From Flavobacteriales bacterium (lineage in GTDB: Bacteria; Bacteroidota; Bacteroidia; Flavobacteriales_F; PHOS-HE28), in assembly GCA_020852835.1 (NCBI GenBank), contig JADZAC010000058.1, forward strand, positions 10,743 through 74,742: a stretch of DNA of 64,000 nucleotides, given 5' to 3'. Position numbers and translations under genes: made by a program. This document shows, piece by piece, positions 56,393-64,000 of this stretch. A model generated the notes under the pieces. It was not told the DNA's origin and searched no databases. It saw nothing but the letters and a program-made list of their open reading frames with translations. How positions within the stretch are numbered: the first letter of the stretch is position 1; the number at the start of each line of letters is the position of its first letter.

Positions 56393-57565
56393 CTACAGCA
56401 CTTGCAGCACCAGGCACTTCAGGTAGTGGGTTTCCGGGATGGCCCAGTGCACGGGGTGGTCCGGGGGCTGGCCGCCGCTGTAGATCTCGCGCAGTTCGCG
56501 GTGGGCATCGTGGGCGGCATCGGCAATGGTGCGGCGGAAGAGGTCGGGCAGCATGTGCTGCGAACAGGAACAGGTAACCAGGAAGCCGCCCGGGGGCAGG
56601 CTTTTAATGGCCCGCAGGTTGATCTCTTTGTAGCCCCGGGTGGCACCCTCCAGTGCGGACTTGCTTTTGGCAAACGCCGGGGGGTCCAGCACCACCACAT
56701 CCCACGGCCCTCCGGCAATTTGCGGCGCCGAAAGGAAATCGAAGACGTTCACCGCCTCAAAGCGGCAATTGCCGCCCAAGCCGTTCAAGGCCGCATTGCG
56801 CCTGGCCTGTTCCACGGCATCGCCGCTGATGTCCAGCCCCAGCACCTCGCTAGCGCCGTATTTGGCGGCATGCAGGGCGAAGCCGCCGGTGTGGGTAAAA
56901 CAATCCAGCACCCGGGCACCACGGGCCACCTGCTCCATGGCGGCATGGTTGAGCCGCTGATCCAGGAAATGCCCCGTTTTTTGGCCTTGTGCCACGTCCA
57001 CGGCGAAAAGCAGGCCGTTCTCCTGGATCTGCAGGCGGGTATCGAAAGGCTCACCAATGAAGCCCTTCACCAAGGGCAAACCTTCCTTGGCGCGCACGGG
57101 CACGTCGTTGCGTTCGTAGATGCCGCTTGGTTGCAGCACTTCGTGCAAGGCCTGCACGATCTCTGCCTTGAAGCGGTCCATGCCCAAGGCCAATGTTTGC
57201 AGCACCAGCACCTCGTTGAACTTGTCCACCACCAAGGCGGGCAGGCCATCGGCTTCGCCGAACACCACGCGGCAGCTCCGGGGCTGTCCCAAGCGCACGC
57301 GGTGATCCCATGCTGCTTGCACCTTACGGCGGAAAAAAGCCGCGTTGATCGGCTCATCGAGGTGCTTGGTCAGCAGGCGCACCCGGATCTTGGAATGCGG
57401 ATTGAAGAAGCCTTGGCCCAAGGGCCCCTTGCGCACATCGAACACCTGCACAATGGCGCCGGGCTGCGGCTGGCCTTCCACGCGCCGCACTTGGTTGTCA
57501 TACACCCAAGGATGGCCTGAACGCACCCGTTGGCGGGCATCATCGATGTAAAGGCGATCGCGCAT
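56393..57565 (-). CDS. rlmI: PUA-domain class I SAM-dependent rRNA methyltransferase (RlmI/YccW-like)
   Basis: N-terminal GHPWVYDNQV...GQGFFNPHSKIRVRLL, then the SAM motif VLDCFTHTGGFALHAA and DVVVLDPPAF. Confidence 0.85.
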   Translation of the reverse strand: MRDRLYIDDARQRVRSGHPWVYDNQVRRVEGQPQPGAIVQVFDVRKGPLGQGFFNPHSKIRVRLLTKHLDEPINAAFFRRKVQAAWDHRVRLGQPRSCRVVFGEADGLPALVVDKFNEVLVLQTLALGMDRFKAEIVQALHEVLQPSGIYERNDVPVRAKEGLPLVKGFIGEPFDTRLQIQENGLLFAVDVAQGQKTGHFLDQRLNHAAMEQVARGARVLDCFTHTGGFALHAAKYGASEVLGLDISGDAVEQARRNAALNGLGGNCRFEAVNVFDFLSAPQIAGGPWDVVVLDPPAFAKSKSALEGATRGYKEINLRAIKSLPPGGFLVTCSCSQHMLPDLFRRTIADAAHDAHRELREIYSGGQPPDHPVHWAIPETHYLKCLVLQVL

Positions 57566-57680
57566 GCTGTGGCGTAGAGGGGCGCGAAAGTAGCCCGCAT
57601 GATGGCCGCAACAGGCATGGTGGATCGAGGAACGGCGCCGGGGATCGGTGCAACGGCCGTGGCTACGCCATGGCGCACAC

Positions 57681-57688
57681 TAACTTTG
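57681..57688 (+). promoter_or_regulatory. -7 promoter box TAACTTTG, 4 nt from ATG 57693 (leaderless-type arrangement)
   Basis: Exact TAnnTTTG match; the spacer is AGGC, then ATG. Confidence 0.45.
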
Positions 57689-57692
57689 AGGC

Positions 57693-59096
57693 ATGGCATA
57701 CCCAAGATCCCTGGTCCTGGCGGCCTTCGTGCTGCCGATCATGCTCGCGGCCCAGAGCAGGCTGGACGCCGTGGTGGAAACCAAACGGTTCCACGAACCC
57801 GGCAAGGGAGAACTGGTGGACGTGAACACCTCGATCTTGGGCAGCACGGTGATATGGGCCATGGATGATCGCGGCTTCGTGCAAGCCCAAGTGGATGCGT
57901 TGATCACCTTGGAACGGGACGGCAAGATCATCGACTTCCGGAAAGCCAGAGTAGCCTCACCGGAGCGTGCCGATACCCTACAGGGAGACTTTATCTACCA
58001 AGAGCGATTTCTCTTGCAACCAGGAAGTTATGCTATTACGATTGAACTTCATGATGCGAACCTCGCCGATACAGCCAAGACCTATGTACAAACCCCATTG
58101 GTGATACCCGCCCGCAGCTGGGATGCCACACTATCGGACATTATGTTCACCTTGCCCGACCGGGCAGGCCAACCCATGCACCCCTATCCGGGCACCTACT
58201 TTCCCAAGGAGGTGGACAAATTGGCCGCTTACTGCGAGGCCTACGGCACGCAGGAGCGCTTCGGCAAGGAAGGCCAATTCCTGGCCGTAACACAAGTGGA
58301 AAACTATGAGACCGGCCAGGTGGCGGGCAACTTCAGGCATGTACAGCGCTCCAAGGCCGACACGGTAGTGCCCTTGGGCGTGGAATTTGGCATTGGCAAG
58401 CTGCCCAGCGGCAACTACTTGCTGGCCGTTGAACTGCGCGACCGCCAGGATTCCCTGGTGCAGCGGCGAACCCAGTTCTTCCAGCGGAACAATCCGATCA
58501 GCTACGACCCCGCCCGGATGCTGGCCGGTGAGCTGGGCCCCAACTTCACCGATGCCTTCACCGAAGTGGACACCCTGGCGGAGCACCTGAGCTCCATGCG
58601 GCCCATCGCCGATGAACTGGAGCGTAAGATGATCGACGACCAGGTGAAGAACAAAAACTTGGAAGTGATGCGGCAGGTGATGTACACCTTTTGGTACAAC
58701 CGGAGCCCGGGCAGTCCCGAAGCCGCATGGGAAAAGTACCTGCAGGCCGTGAAATATGTGAACCGGCAGTTCGGGTGCCGCAACATGCGCGGCTACCAAA
58801 GCGACCAAGGCTATGTTTACCTGCGCTACGGAGCGCCCAACACCGTGGTGAACCGCTCCAACGAAACCGGGGTGGTACCGTACATGATCTGGCATTATTA
58901 CCGTGCAGGCCGCTACAACGACCGCCGTTTCGTGTTCTACCAGCCCGAGCGGAGCACCACCTGCTGGACCCTGCTTACCTCGGACATGCCCGGCGAGCTG
59001 AACGACAGTCACTGGCTGGACCGCATTGTGAGCGGTGCGGCCGATGCCGGGGCAGCGCGCAACGAGGTGCTGGACAATTACAACAACCCGCACTGA
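57693..59096 (+). CDS. GWxTD-domain protein (variant motif GYQSD)
   Basis: Signal peptide MAYPRSLVLAAFVLPIMLAAQ. The C-terminal RGYQSDQGYVYLRYGAPNTV...WHYY parallels the GWxTDRG..Y..YG.P pattern. Confidence 0.7.
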   Translation: MAYPRSLVLAAFVLPIMLAAQSRLDAVVETKRFHEPGKGELVDVNTSILGSTVIWAMDDRGFVQAQVDALITLERDGKIIDFRKARVASPERADTLQGDFIYQERFLLQPGSYAITIELHDANLADTAKTYVQTPLVIPARSWDATLSDIMFTLPDRAGQPMHPYPGTYFPKEVDKLAAYCEAYGTQERFGKEGQFLAVTQVENYETGQVAGNFRHVQRSKADTVVPLGVEFGIGKLPSGNYLLAVELRDRQDSLVQRRTQFFQRNNPISYDPARMLAGELGPNFTDAFTEVDTLAEHLSSMRPIADELERKMIDDQVKNKNLEVMRQVMYTFWYNRSPGSPEAAWEKYLQAVKYVNRQFGCRNMRGYQSDQGYVYLRYGAPNTVVNRSNETGVVPYMIWHYYRAGRYNDRRFVFYQPERSTTCWTLLTSDMPGELNDSHWLDRIVSGAADAGAARNEVLDNYNNPH

Positions 59097-59139
59097 CGGC
59101 CATCACTTCCTGCGAACGGCAGCGGCCTACCTTCGCAAC

Positions 59140-60156
59140 GTGCCAACGGCCCTTCCGATCGAGCGTTTCCTTGCGGCTGGCTTGCCGGTGATCGACGTGC
59201 GCTCGCCTGGCGAACATGCCCGTGGCCACCTGCCCGGAGCAGTAAACCTGCCATTGTTCACCGACGAAGAGCGCGCCGAGGTGGGCACCCTGTACAAACA
59301 ACAGGGCCGGTACCCGGCCATGCTTCACGGCATAAGGCTGGCGGGGCCCAAACTGGCCTCGTTGGTGGAACGATCCAACGCAGTGGCCCTTGGGGGCAAG
59401 GTGGCCGTGCATTGCTGGCGGGGCGGGGAGCGCAGCGCCAGCGTGGCTTGGTTGTTGGAGAAAGTCGGGGGCCTGCAGGTGATCACGCTGCAACACGGCT
59501 ACAAGGCCTTCCGCACCCACGTGCTGGCCTCCTTCAGCACCCCATGGCAGTTGCGGGTGCTGGGCGGCTACACCGGCACGGGCAAAACCGGGCTGCTGGC
59601 GCTGTTGCAGGCAAAAGGCCAACAGGTGTTGGACCTGGAAGGGCTGGCCCGGCACAAAGGCTCCTCCTTCGGGGGCATTGGCCAAGGCCCGCAACCCACC
59701 ACCGAGCAGTTCGAAAACCTCCTGTGGGGCACCCTTCACCGCTTGGATCCCGCCCGGGTCGTGTGGGTGGAGGACGAAAGCCGCATGGTGGGAAAGGTGA
59801 AAGTGCCCGACCCCCTGTTTGCGCGCATGCGCAGCAGCCCGCTCCTGTTCGTGGACATGCCCCGCCCCCTGCGCGTGGCCCGGTTGGTGCAGGACTATGG
59901 CCACTATCCACCTGCGGAACTGGCAGCAGCGGTGGAACGGATCCGCAAGCGCTTGGGCCCCCAGCATGCCACCGCGGCCCTGGAAGCCTTGGAAAAAGGC
60001 AACCTGCACCAAGTTGCAGAGATCACCTTGGCCTACTACGACAAAACCTACGCGCGCGGCCTGGCCGAACGGGACCCGGCGCTTACCCGGCACATCCCCT
60101 CCCAAGCACGCACCCCGGAACAATTGGCCGAACTGCTCCTCGATCATGAACCTTGA
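59140..60156 (+). CDS. selU: tRNA 2-selenouridine synthase (SelU/MnmH)
   Basis: The rhodanese part is PVIDVRSPGEHARGHLPGAVNLPLFTDEERAEVGTLYKQQG...VHCWRGGERS and the P-loop is GGYTGTGKTGLL. GTG 59140 is chosen by alignment length to E. coli SelU as I recall it and to avoid a 62-nt overlap with the upstream gene. The start is uncertain. Confidence 0.85.
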   Translation: MPTALPIERFLAAGLPVIDVRSPGEHARGHLPGAVNLPLFTDEERAEVGTLYKQQGRYPAMLHGIRLAGPKLASLVERSNAVALGGKVAVHCWRGGERSASVAWLLEKVGGLQVITLQHGYKAFRTHVLASFSTPWQLRVLGGYTGTGKTGLLALLQAKGQQVLDLEGLARHKGSSFGGIGQGPQPTTEQFENLLWGTLHRLDPARVVWVEDESRMVGKVKVPDPLFARMRSSPLLFVDMPRPLRVARLVQDYGHYPPAELAAAVERIRKRLGPQHATAALEALEKGNLHQVAEITLAYYDKTYARGLAERDPALTRHIPSQARTPEQLAELLLDHEP

Positions 60157-61198
60157 CCCCGCCCCTGTGGTGCGATTGACCCAACTGAGCCATGGCGCGG
60201 GCTGCGGCTGCAAGATCTCGCCCGCCGACCTGGAAAAGATCCTGCACACCTCCATGGGCGCCTTGGCAGACCCCCGCTTGCTGGTCGGCTACCAGAGCCG
60301 TGATGATGCCGCGGTATATGACCTGGGCGACGGCCGCGCGGTGATCAGCACCACCGACTTTTTCCTGCCCATCGTGGACGATGCCTTCGACTTCGGGCGC
60401 ATCGCCGCCACCAATGCCCTGAGCGATGTGTATGCCATGGGAGGCAAGCCCCTGATGGCCGTGGCCATTCTTGGCTGGCCCTTGGAGAAGCTCGGGGCCG
60501 AACTGGCGGGCCGGGTGGTAGACGGCGGGCGGCAAGCCTGCCACGATGCCGGCATCCCCTTGGCCGGCGGGCACAGCATCGACTCCAAGGAACCCTTCTT
60601 CGGGCTGGCCGTCACGGGTGAAGTGCCCATCACCCATCTCAAACGCAACGATACCGCCCAGGCCGGAGACGCCCTGCTGCTCACCAAACCCTTGGGCGTG
60701 GGCATCCTGAGCACGGCGCAAAAGCGGGGGGTGCTTGCACCCGAACATGCCCACATCGCCAAGGACCTCATGATCCGGCCGAATTCCGTGGGCACTGCCT
60801 TGGGCGCACACCCCGGGGTGCATGCCCTCACGGACATCACCGGGTTCGGCCTGCTGGGCCACCTCGCTGAAATGTGCGCAGGTAGCGGGCTCAGCGCGGA
60901 GATACGTTTTGCGGACATACCTGTGATACCGGAGTGCATGGGCTATGCCAAACAAAGCTGCTATCCGGACGGGACCATGCGGAACTGGAAGAGCCTTAAC
61001 GGGAAGATCGACGGTGTTGGCGGCATGGAACAGCTCGTGCTTCTCTGCGATCCGCAAACGAGCGGCGGGCTGCTCATCGCTTGTAAAATGGAATTTATAG
61101 ATGAAATATCAGCATTGGTCGAAATAACTGGACTTAGATCCACTTTCATCGGCACCCTTGAAAAACCCACGAACGGGAAATTGATCAGAATAAATTGA
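60146..61198 (+). CDS. selD: Selenide, water dikinase SelD (Cys-type)
   Basis: Trimmed to ATG 60146. It begins MNLDPAPVVRLTQLSHGAGCGCKISP, with Cys rather than Sec at the active-site position. It also has DDAAVYDL, FFLPIVDDAFDFGRIAATNALSDVYAMGG and ITGFGLLGH. It overlaps selU by 11 nt. Confidence 0.95.
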   Translation: MNLDPAPVVRLTQLSHGAGCGCKISPADLEKILHTSMGALADPRLLVGYQSRDDAAVYDLGDGRAVISTTDFFLPIVDDAFDFGRIAATNALSDVYAMGGKPLMAVAILGWPLEKLGAELAGRVVDGGRQACHDAGIPLAGGHSIDSKEPFFGLAVTGEVPITHLKRNDTAQAGDALLLTKPLGVGILSTAQKRGVLAPEHAHIAKDLMIRPNSVGTALGAHPGVHALTDITGFGLLGHLAEMCAGSGLSAEIRFADIPVIPECMGYAKQSCYPDGTMRNWKSLNGKIDGVGGMEQLVLLCDPQTSGGLLIACKMEFIDEISALVEITGLRSTFIGTLEKPTNGKLIRIN

Positions 61199-61227
61199 AC
61201 TTACTTTATCCTTTATTGGCTTGCGTG

Positions 61228-61259
61228 TTGGGAATAATAATTCCTGGCTCCTACTTTTG
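61228..61259 (+). promoter_or_regulatory. Well-formed Bacteroidota sigma-A promoter for the AT-hook protein gene
   Basis: TTG (61228..61230), a 21-nt AT-rich spacer, then TACTTTTG (61252..61259). The box ends 29 nt before ATG 61289. Confidence 0.5.
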
Positions 61260-61288
61260 CACGACCAAACTGATAGACACGACCAGCA

Positions 61289-61882
61289 ATGGCCAACAAA
61301 AGATTAAGCGACAAGAACATAGATCAACTACTGGTTCATTACCGCAATGAACGCCGGCGCCTGACGTACCAATTGGACTTGATCAAGAGCGCGATCGCCG
61401 ACCTGAAGCAGCATCGCACAACGGCAGGAACCTCCGATCCCGCACGCCCCGAAATGGTGGAGGGCACGGTGAAGCGCGGGCCCGGGCGGCCACGCAAGGC
61501 CGTGGCAGAGAAGGCACCGGGAAAGCCCGGTCGCCCGCCCAAGCGTGTGCGCAAAGTGCGCCCGTTGAACGAGTGGGACAATGCCGTGATGGAGGCCATC
61601 AACCAAACCGGCCGCCTGATGCCCAAGGAAGAAATCCTGGAACACGTTTCCGGCTGGGCAGCCAAGCACCAGCCGCAACTGTCGGCCGAAGAGGTGGAAG
61701 CGTTCCTGACCCGTACGCTGCAAAAGCTCAGCGGCAAGAAGAAAATGCTGGGCACCCACCACAGTGGCTTGCGCCGGGGCTACCACTACGGCCTGATCGA
61801 CTGGTTCTTCCAGAGCAGCGGCAAGCTGCGCCGCCAGCACTATGAGCGATTGGTGCTGGCCCCGGAAGAAGAGCTGGTGTGA
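61289..61882 (+). CDS. AT-hook-containing putative DNA-binding protein
   Basis: Two AT-hook cores, KRGPGRPRK and GKPGRPPKR, lie between an N-terminal helical segment and a C-terminal domain of about 100 aa. A strong terminator follows. Confidence 0.7.
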   Translation: MANKRLSDKNIDQLLVHYRNERRRLTYQLDLIKSAIADLKQHRTTAGTSDPARPEMVEGTVKRGPGRPRKAVAEKAPGKPGRPPKRVRKVRPLNEWDNAVMEAINQTGRLMPKEEILEHVSGWAAKHQPQLSAEEVEAFLTRTLQKLSGKKKMLGTHHSGLRRGYHYGLIDWFFQSSGKLRRQHYERLVLAPEEELV

Positions 61883-61901
61883 CCGGCCTTGGACAAGAAC
61901 T

Positions 61902-61937
61902 GAATGAAAATGGCGGCAATGCCGCCATTTTCATTTC
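61902..61937 (+). terminator. Intrinsic terminator after the AT-hook gene
   Basis: AATGAAAATGGCGGC pairs with GCCGCCATTTTCATT as a perfect 15-bp stem with a 3-nt loop (AAT). The T-rich 3' arm runs on into TTCAT. Confidence 0.8.
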
Positions 61938-61981
61938 ATGGCCGTTCTTGGTTAACTTGGCGGGGCCCAACCCGTGCTGCC

Positions 61982-62428
61982 ATGAAGAACTTGCTGCTTG
62001 CCTTGGAACTGAAGGCGGAGACGGACCGTGTGCTGCGGATCGCCACCGACCTGGCCAAGTCATGCGGTGCCAAGCTGTGGGTGCTGCACGTAGCCGCGCC
62101 GGAGCCTGATTTCGTGGGCTACCAGGCCGGGCCGCAATACATTCGCGATGTACGGGCAGGCGACCTGAAGGAAGAACGGCACCGCATGCAGGGCATCATC
62201 AGCGAACTGGCCGCCAAGCAGGTGGATGCACAGCCCGTGATGGTCATGGGCCCCACCGTGGAGACGATCCTGGCTGAAGCGGAGCGCCTGCAAGCGGACT
62301 TGATCATCATGGGCACCCACGGACGCCGGGGCTTGGCCAAGGCCTTTCTGGGCAGTACTTCAGATGATGTGCTTCGCGCCAACCGGTTCAACGTGATGAT
62401 CGTGCCCACTCCGGGCAGCAGCCAATGA
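61982..62428 (+). CDS. Universal stress protein (UspA family)
   Basis: Trimmed to ATG 61982 (MKNLLLALELKAE). It has LWVLHV and the ATP-binding-type motif MGTHGRRGLAKAFLGSTSDDVLR. Confidence 0.85.
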   Translation: MKNLLLALELKAETDRVLRIATDLAKSCGAKLWVLHVAAPEPDFVGYQAGPQYIRDVRAGDLKEERHRMQGIISELAAKQVDAQPVMVMGPTVETILAEAERLQADLIIMGTHGRRGLAKAFLGSTSDDVLRANRFNVMIVPTPGSSQ

Positions 62429-62516
62429 GCGTGGCGGAACCGTTTCCCGCCCTTTGCCGCCGGAATTCGCGGTGAGCCGGCGAACAATTTCCGCTCATCC
62501 GCTGTTCGTTTCCCTG

Positions 62517-63017
62517 ATGCCCGAAATGCGCACCCTTGTTCTCATCGTTCTACTGGGTACATCCGCCTTCACCCGCGCCCAATCCAGCGGGTTTGGCGCG
62601 GGCATCATCCTTGGAGAGCCCACGGGCATCTCGCTTAAAGGATGGATCAGCGGCGAGCGCGCCGTGGCCGGGGCGGTGGCCTGGTCCTTACGGGAGGGGT
62701 CATACTTCAGCCTCCATGCGGACTACCTGTTCCACAACATGGACCTGATCAAGCTGGGCAAAGGCAGAATGCCCTTGTATTACGGCCCCGGGCTGCGGCT
62801 GCGCAGTTGGAACGACAACCGCTACTGGCGGCACGGGCACTGGTACACGGAAGACCATGGCCGCCTGGGGCTGGGGGTGCGGTTCCCCGTAGGCTTGGCC
62901 TACTTGCCGGCAAAAGCACCGGTGGACATCTTCTTGGAGCTGGTGCCAGGCCTGGACCTGGTGCCCAGCACGGAATTCGACATTACCGGTGCGATCGGCG
63001 CACGTTATTGGTTCTGA
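62517..63017 (+). CDS. Small outer-membrane beta-barrel-like protein
   Basis: A signal peptide (MPEMRTLVLIVLLGTSAFTRAQS), Gly/aromatic-rich alternating strands and a C-terminal ...GARYWF. Confidence 0.6.
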   Translation: MPEMRTLVLIVLLGTSAFTRAQSSGFGAGIILGEPTGISLKGWISGERAVAGAVAWSLREGSYFSLHADYLFHNMDLIKLGKGRMPLYYGPGLRLRSWNDNRYWRHGHWYTEDHGRLGLGVRFPVGLAYLPAKAPVDIFLELVPGLDLVPSTEFDITGAIGARYWF

Positions 63018-63655
63018 CGCCGCAAGGGCGATCGGTCCAACGCGGTGTAGTGGCGCCATGGCCCCTGGTAGAGCAACGCGTACACCAAGGCACCTGTGGC
63101 GCAGCCCAGGAAAGCCCCGGCCAGGATGTCCTCGGCAAAATGCTGGGAAAGGTAAACCCTGCTGAAAGCCAGAAGCCCTGCGGCCAAGGCCAAACAAACT
63201 GCGGGGACCTGCTTGGCGAACACCACGGCCAAGGCCAGGCACATACTGAAGGCCGCCGTGGAATGTCCGCTGGGAAAACTGAAATGGCTGTGCAGGTCGA
63301 GGCCGGCAACCACCTGGAGCCCGGGCATGCGGTCCATGAACATGGAAGGACGATCATGCCCTTCAAACACCATGTGTTTGAGGAGCTGCACCAGGATGGC
63401 GCTCAAGCCGGTGGCAAGACCCATCATCAGGAAGGCCCTCCAGCTCTTCCAAAGCAGCAACAAGGCCAGCACGGTGGGCACCCAGCCATTGGCCAGTTCG
63501 GTGATCAGGGGAAAGAGGGAGTCGCTCCAACGGCCATGAAGCTCGTTCATGGCCAGGTGTAGGGCGAACTTGTCCAGGCGCCACAAGGCTGCGGCCACCG
63601 GGATGGCCAGCAGCAAGCTGGTGAGGAGGAACGCCCGGAGGCTCTTGGCACGCAT
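63005..63655 (-). CDS. PAP2-family phosphatase (membrane)
   Basis: Trimmed to ATG 63655. It has the three PAP2 motifs: KHMVFEGHDRP, FPSGHS and SRVYLSQHFAEDILAG. Confidence 0.88.
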   Translation of the reverse strand: MRAKSLRAFLLTSLLLAIPVAAALWRLDKFALHLAMNELHGRWSDSLFPLITELANGWVPTVLALLLLWKSWRAFLMMGLATGLSAILVQLLKHMVFEGHDRPSMFMDRMPGLQVVAGLDLHSHFSFPSGHSTAAFSMCLALAVVFAKQVPAVCLALAAGLLAFSRVYLSQHFAEDILAGAFLGCATGALVYALLYQGPWRHYTALDRSPLRRQNQ

Positions 63656-63660
63656 GGCTT

Positions 63661-63668
63661 CAAAGGTA
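63661..63668 (-). promoter_or_regulatory. -7 promoter box TACCTTTG, 5 nt from ATG 63655 (leaderless-type arrangement)
   Basis: Exact TAnnTTTG match on the minus strand; the spacer is AAGCC, then ATG. Confidence 0.45.
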
Positions 63669-63693
63669 TTTGCGCCTTGGGGGGATGCACACG

Positions 63694-63726
63694 AAAAAAG
63701 GCGCCCGGGCCAAGCCCAAGCGCCTT
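63694..63726 (-). terminator. Intrinsic terminator after rpmB
   Basis: The minus strand reads AAGGCGC-TT-GGGC-TTG-GCCC-GG-GCGCCTT followed by TTTTTT. It begins about 22 nt after the rpmB stop. Confidence 0.8.
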
Positions 63727-63747
63727 GCACGGTAGATCCCGGGGTGT

Positions 63748-63987
63748 TCAGGCCTTGAAAAAGCCCTTGGCCTTGGCGCGTTTGATGGCCTCGCTGATCC
63801 CCACCTTGTTGATGGTGCGGATGCCGGCCGCGCTCACGCGCAGTTGCACGGTGCGGTTCTCTTCCGGAATGAAGAACTTGCGGTCCTGCAGGTTGGGCAC
63901 GAAGGTGCGGCGGGTCTTCCGGTTGGAGTGGCTCACGGAATTGCCGGTGATGACGTGCTTTCCGGTGATTTGGCAGATGCGTGACAT
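63748..63987 (-). CDS. rpmB: 50S ribosomal protein L28
   Basis: MSRICQITGKHVITGNSVSHSNRKTRRTFVPNLQDRKFFIPEENRTVQLRVSAAGIRTI. Confidence 0.96.
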   Translation of the reverse strand: MSRICQITGKHVITGNSVSHSNRKTRRTFVPNLQDRKFFIPEENRTVQLRVSAAGIRTINKVGISEAIKRAKAKGFFKA

Positions 63988-64000
63988 GGCTGTGCGATTT

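Noticed and set aside
57950-58150. A second, milder low-GC patch inside the GWxTD gene.
   Set aside because: The reading frame and protein sequence continue normally and there are no flanking repeats or junction features. It most likely reflects local amino-acid composition (Ile/Tyr/Phe/Asp-rich segment) rather than an insertion.
60146-61198. A possible selenocysteine (TGA) recoding in selD.
   Set aside because: The active-site position is encoded as Cys (GAGCGCK) and the frame has no internal TGA.
1-64000. A search for CRISPR arrays, transposases or integrases, prophage modules, restriction-modification genes, toxin-antitoxin pairs or other defence islands.
   Set aside because: I saw no regularly spaced direct repeats and no ORF with transposase, integrase, recombinase, nuclease-helicase or methylase-nuclease signatures. 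The only tandem repetition is the protein-coding module array in the adhesin gene. The single tRNA has no adjacent integrase or direct-repeat scar.

Overview
A high-GC chromosomal segment (by eye over 60% G+C). I assign it to Bacteroidota on three grounds: T9SS type-A and type-B C-terminal sorting domains; recurrent TAnnTTTG -7 promoter boxes with no Shine-Dalgarno sequences; and typical families (GWxTD, the DUF1599-folP pair, WG repeats, TPR/PD40 envelope proteins). I call 55 CDS (one truncated at the left edge and absent from the ORF track), one tRNA-Arg(ACG), six intrinsic terminators, several promoter boxes and one long structured intergenic element. Many ORF-track starts were trimmed to internal starts that give signal peptides or family-typical N-termini. 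The track also counts GTG/TTG as starts. Content is mostly housekeeping: recR, recA, bcp, rarA, clpS, plsY, prmA, tpiA, folP, trmD, rplS, rpmB, a 2-oxoacid dehydrogenase E2, rlmI-like and selU-selD. These are interleaved with secreted or envelope proteins, including a 2063-aa and a 1483-aa protein and a 1459-aa T9SS adhesin with 16 tandem modules. A divergent cyanophycin pair (cphA/cphB) is also present. I saw no transposase, integrase, phage module, CRISPR array, restriction-modification genes or recognisable toxin-antitoxin or defence genes. I did not find a convincing discrete novel multi-gene system. The best candidates for a second look are: (1) a 162-nt rod-like palindromic element between the MBL hydrolase gene and recR; (2) the giant TPR/PD40...SPOR-like protein embedded in a tightly coupled tpiA-to-M48 gene string; (3) five genes with a -7 promoter box only 4-6 nt from the ATG, implying leaderless mRNAs; (4) an AT-rich island spanning the selD 3' end and the promoter and 5' end of a bacterial AT-hook protein gene; (5) an orphan SiaC-like DUF1987 gene. 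All functional calls come from motif recognition by eye; no database search was possible.
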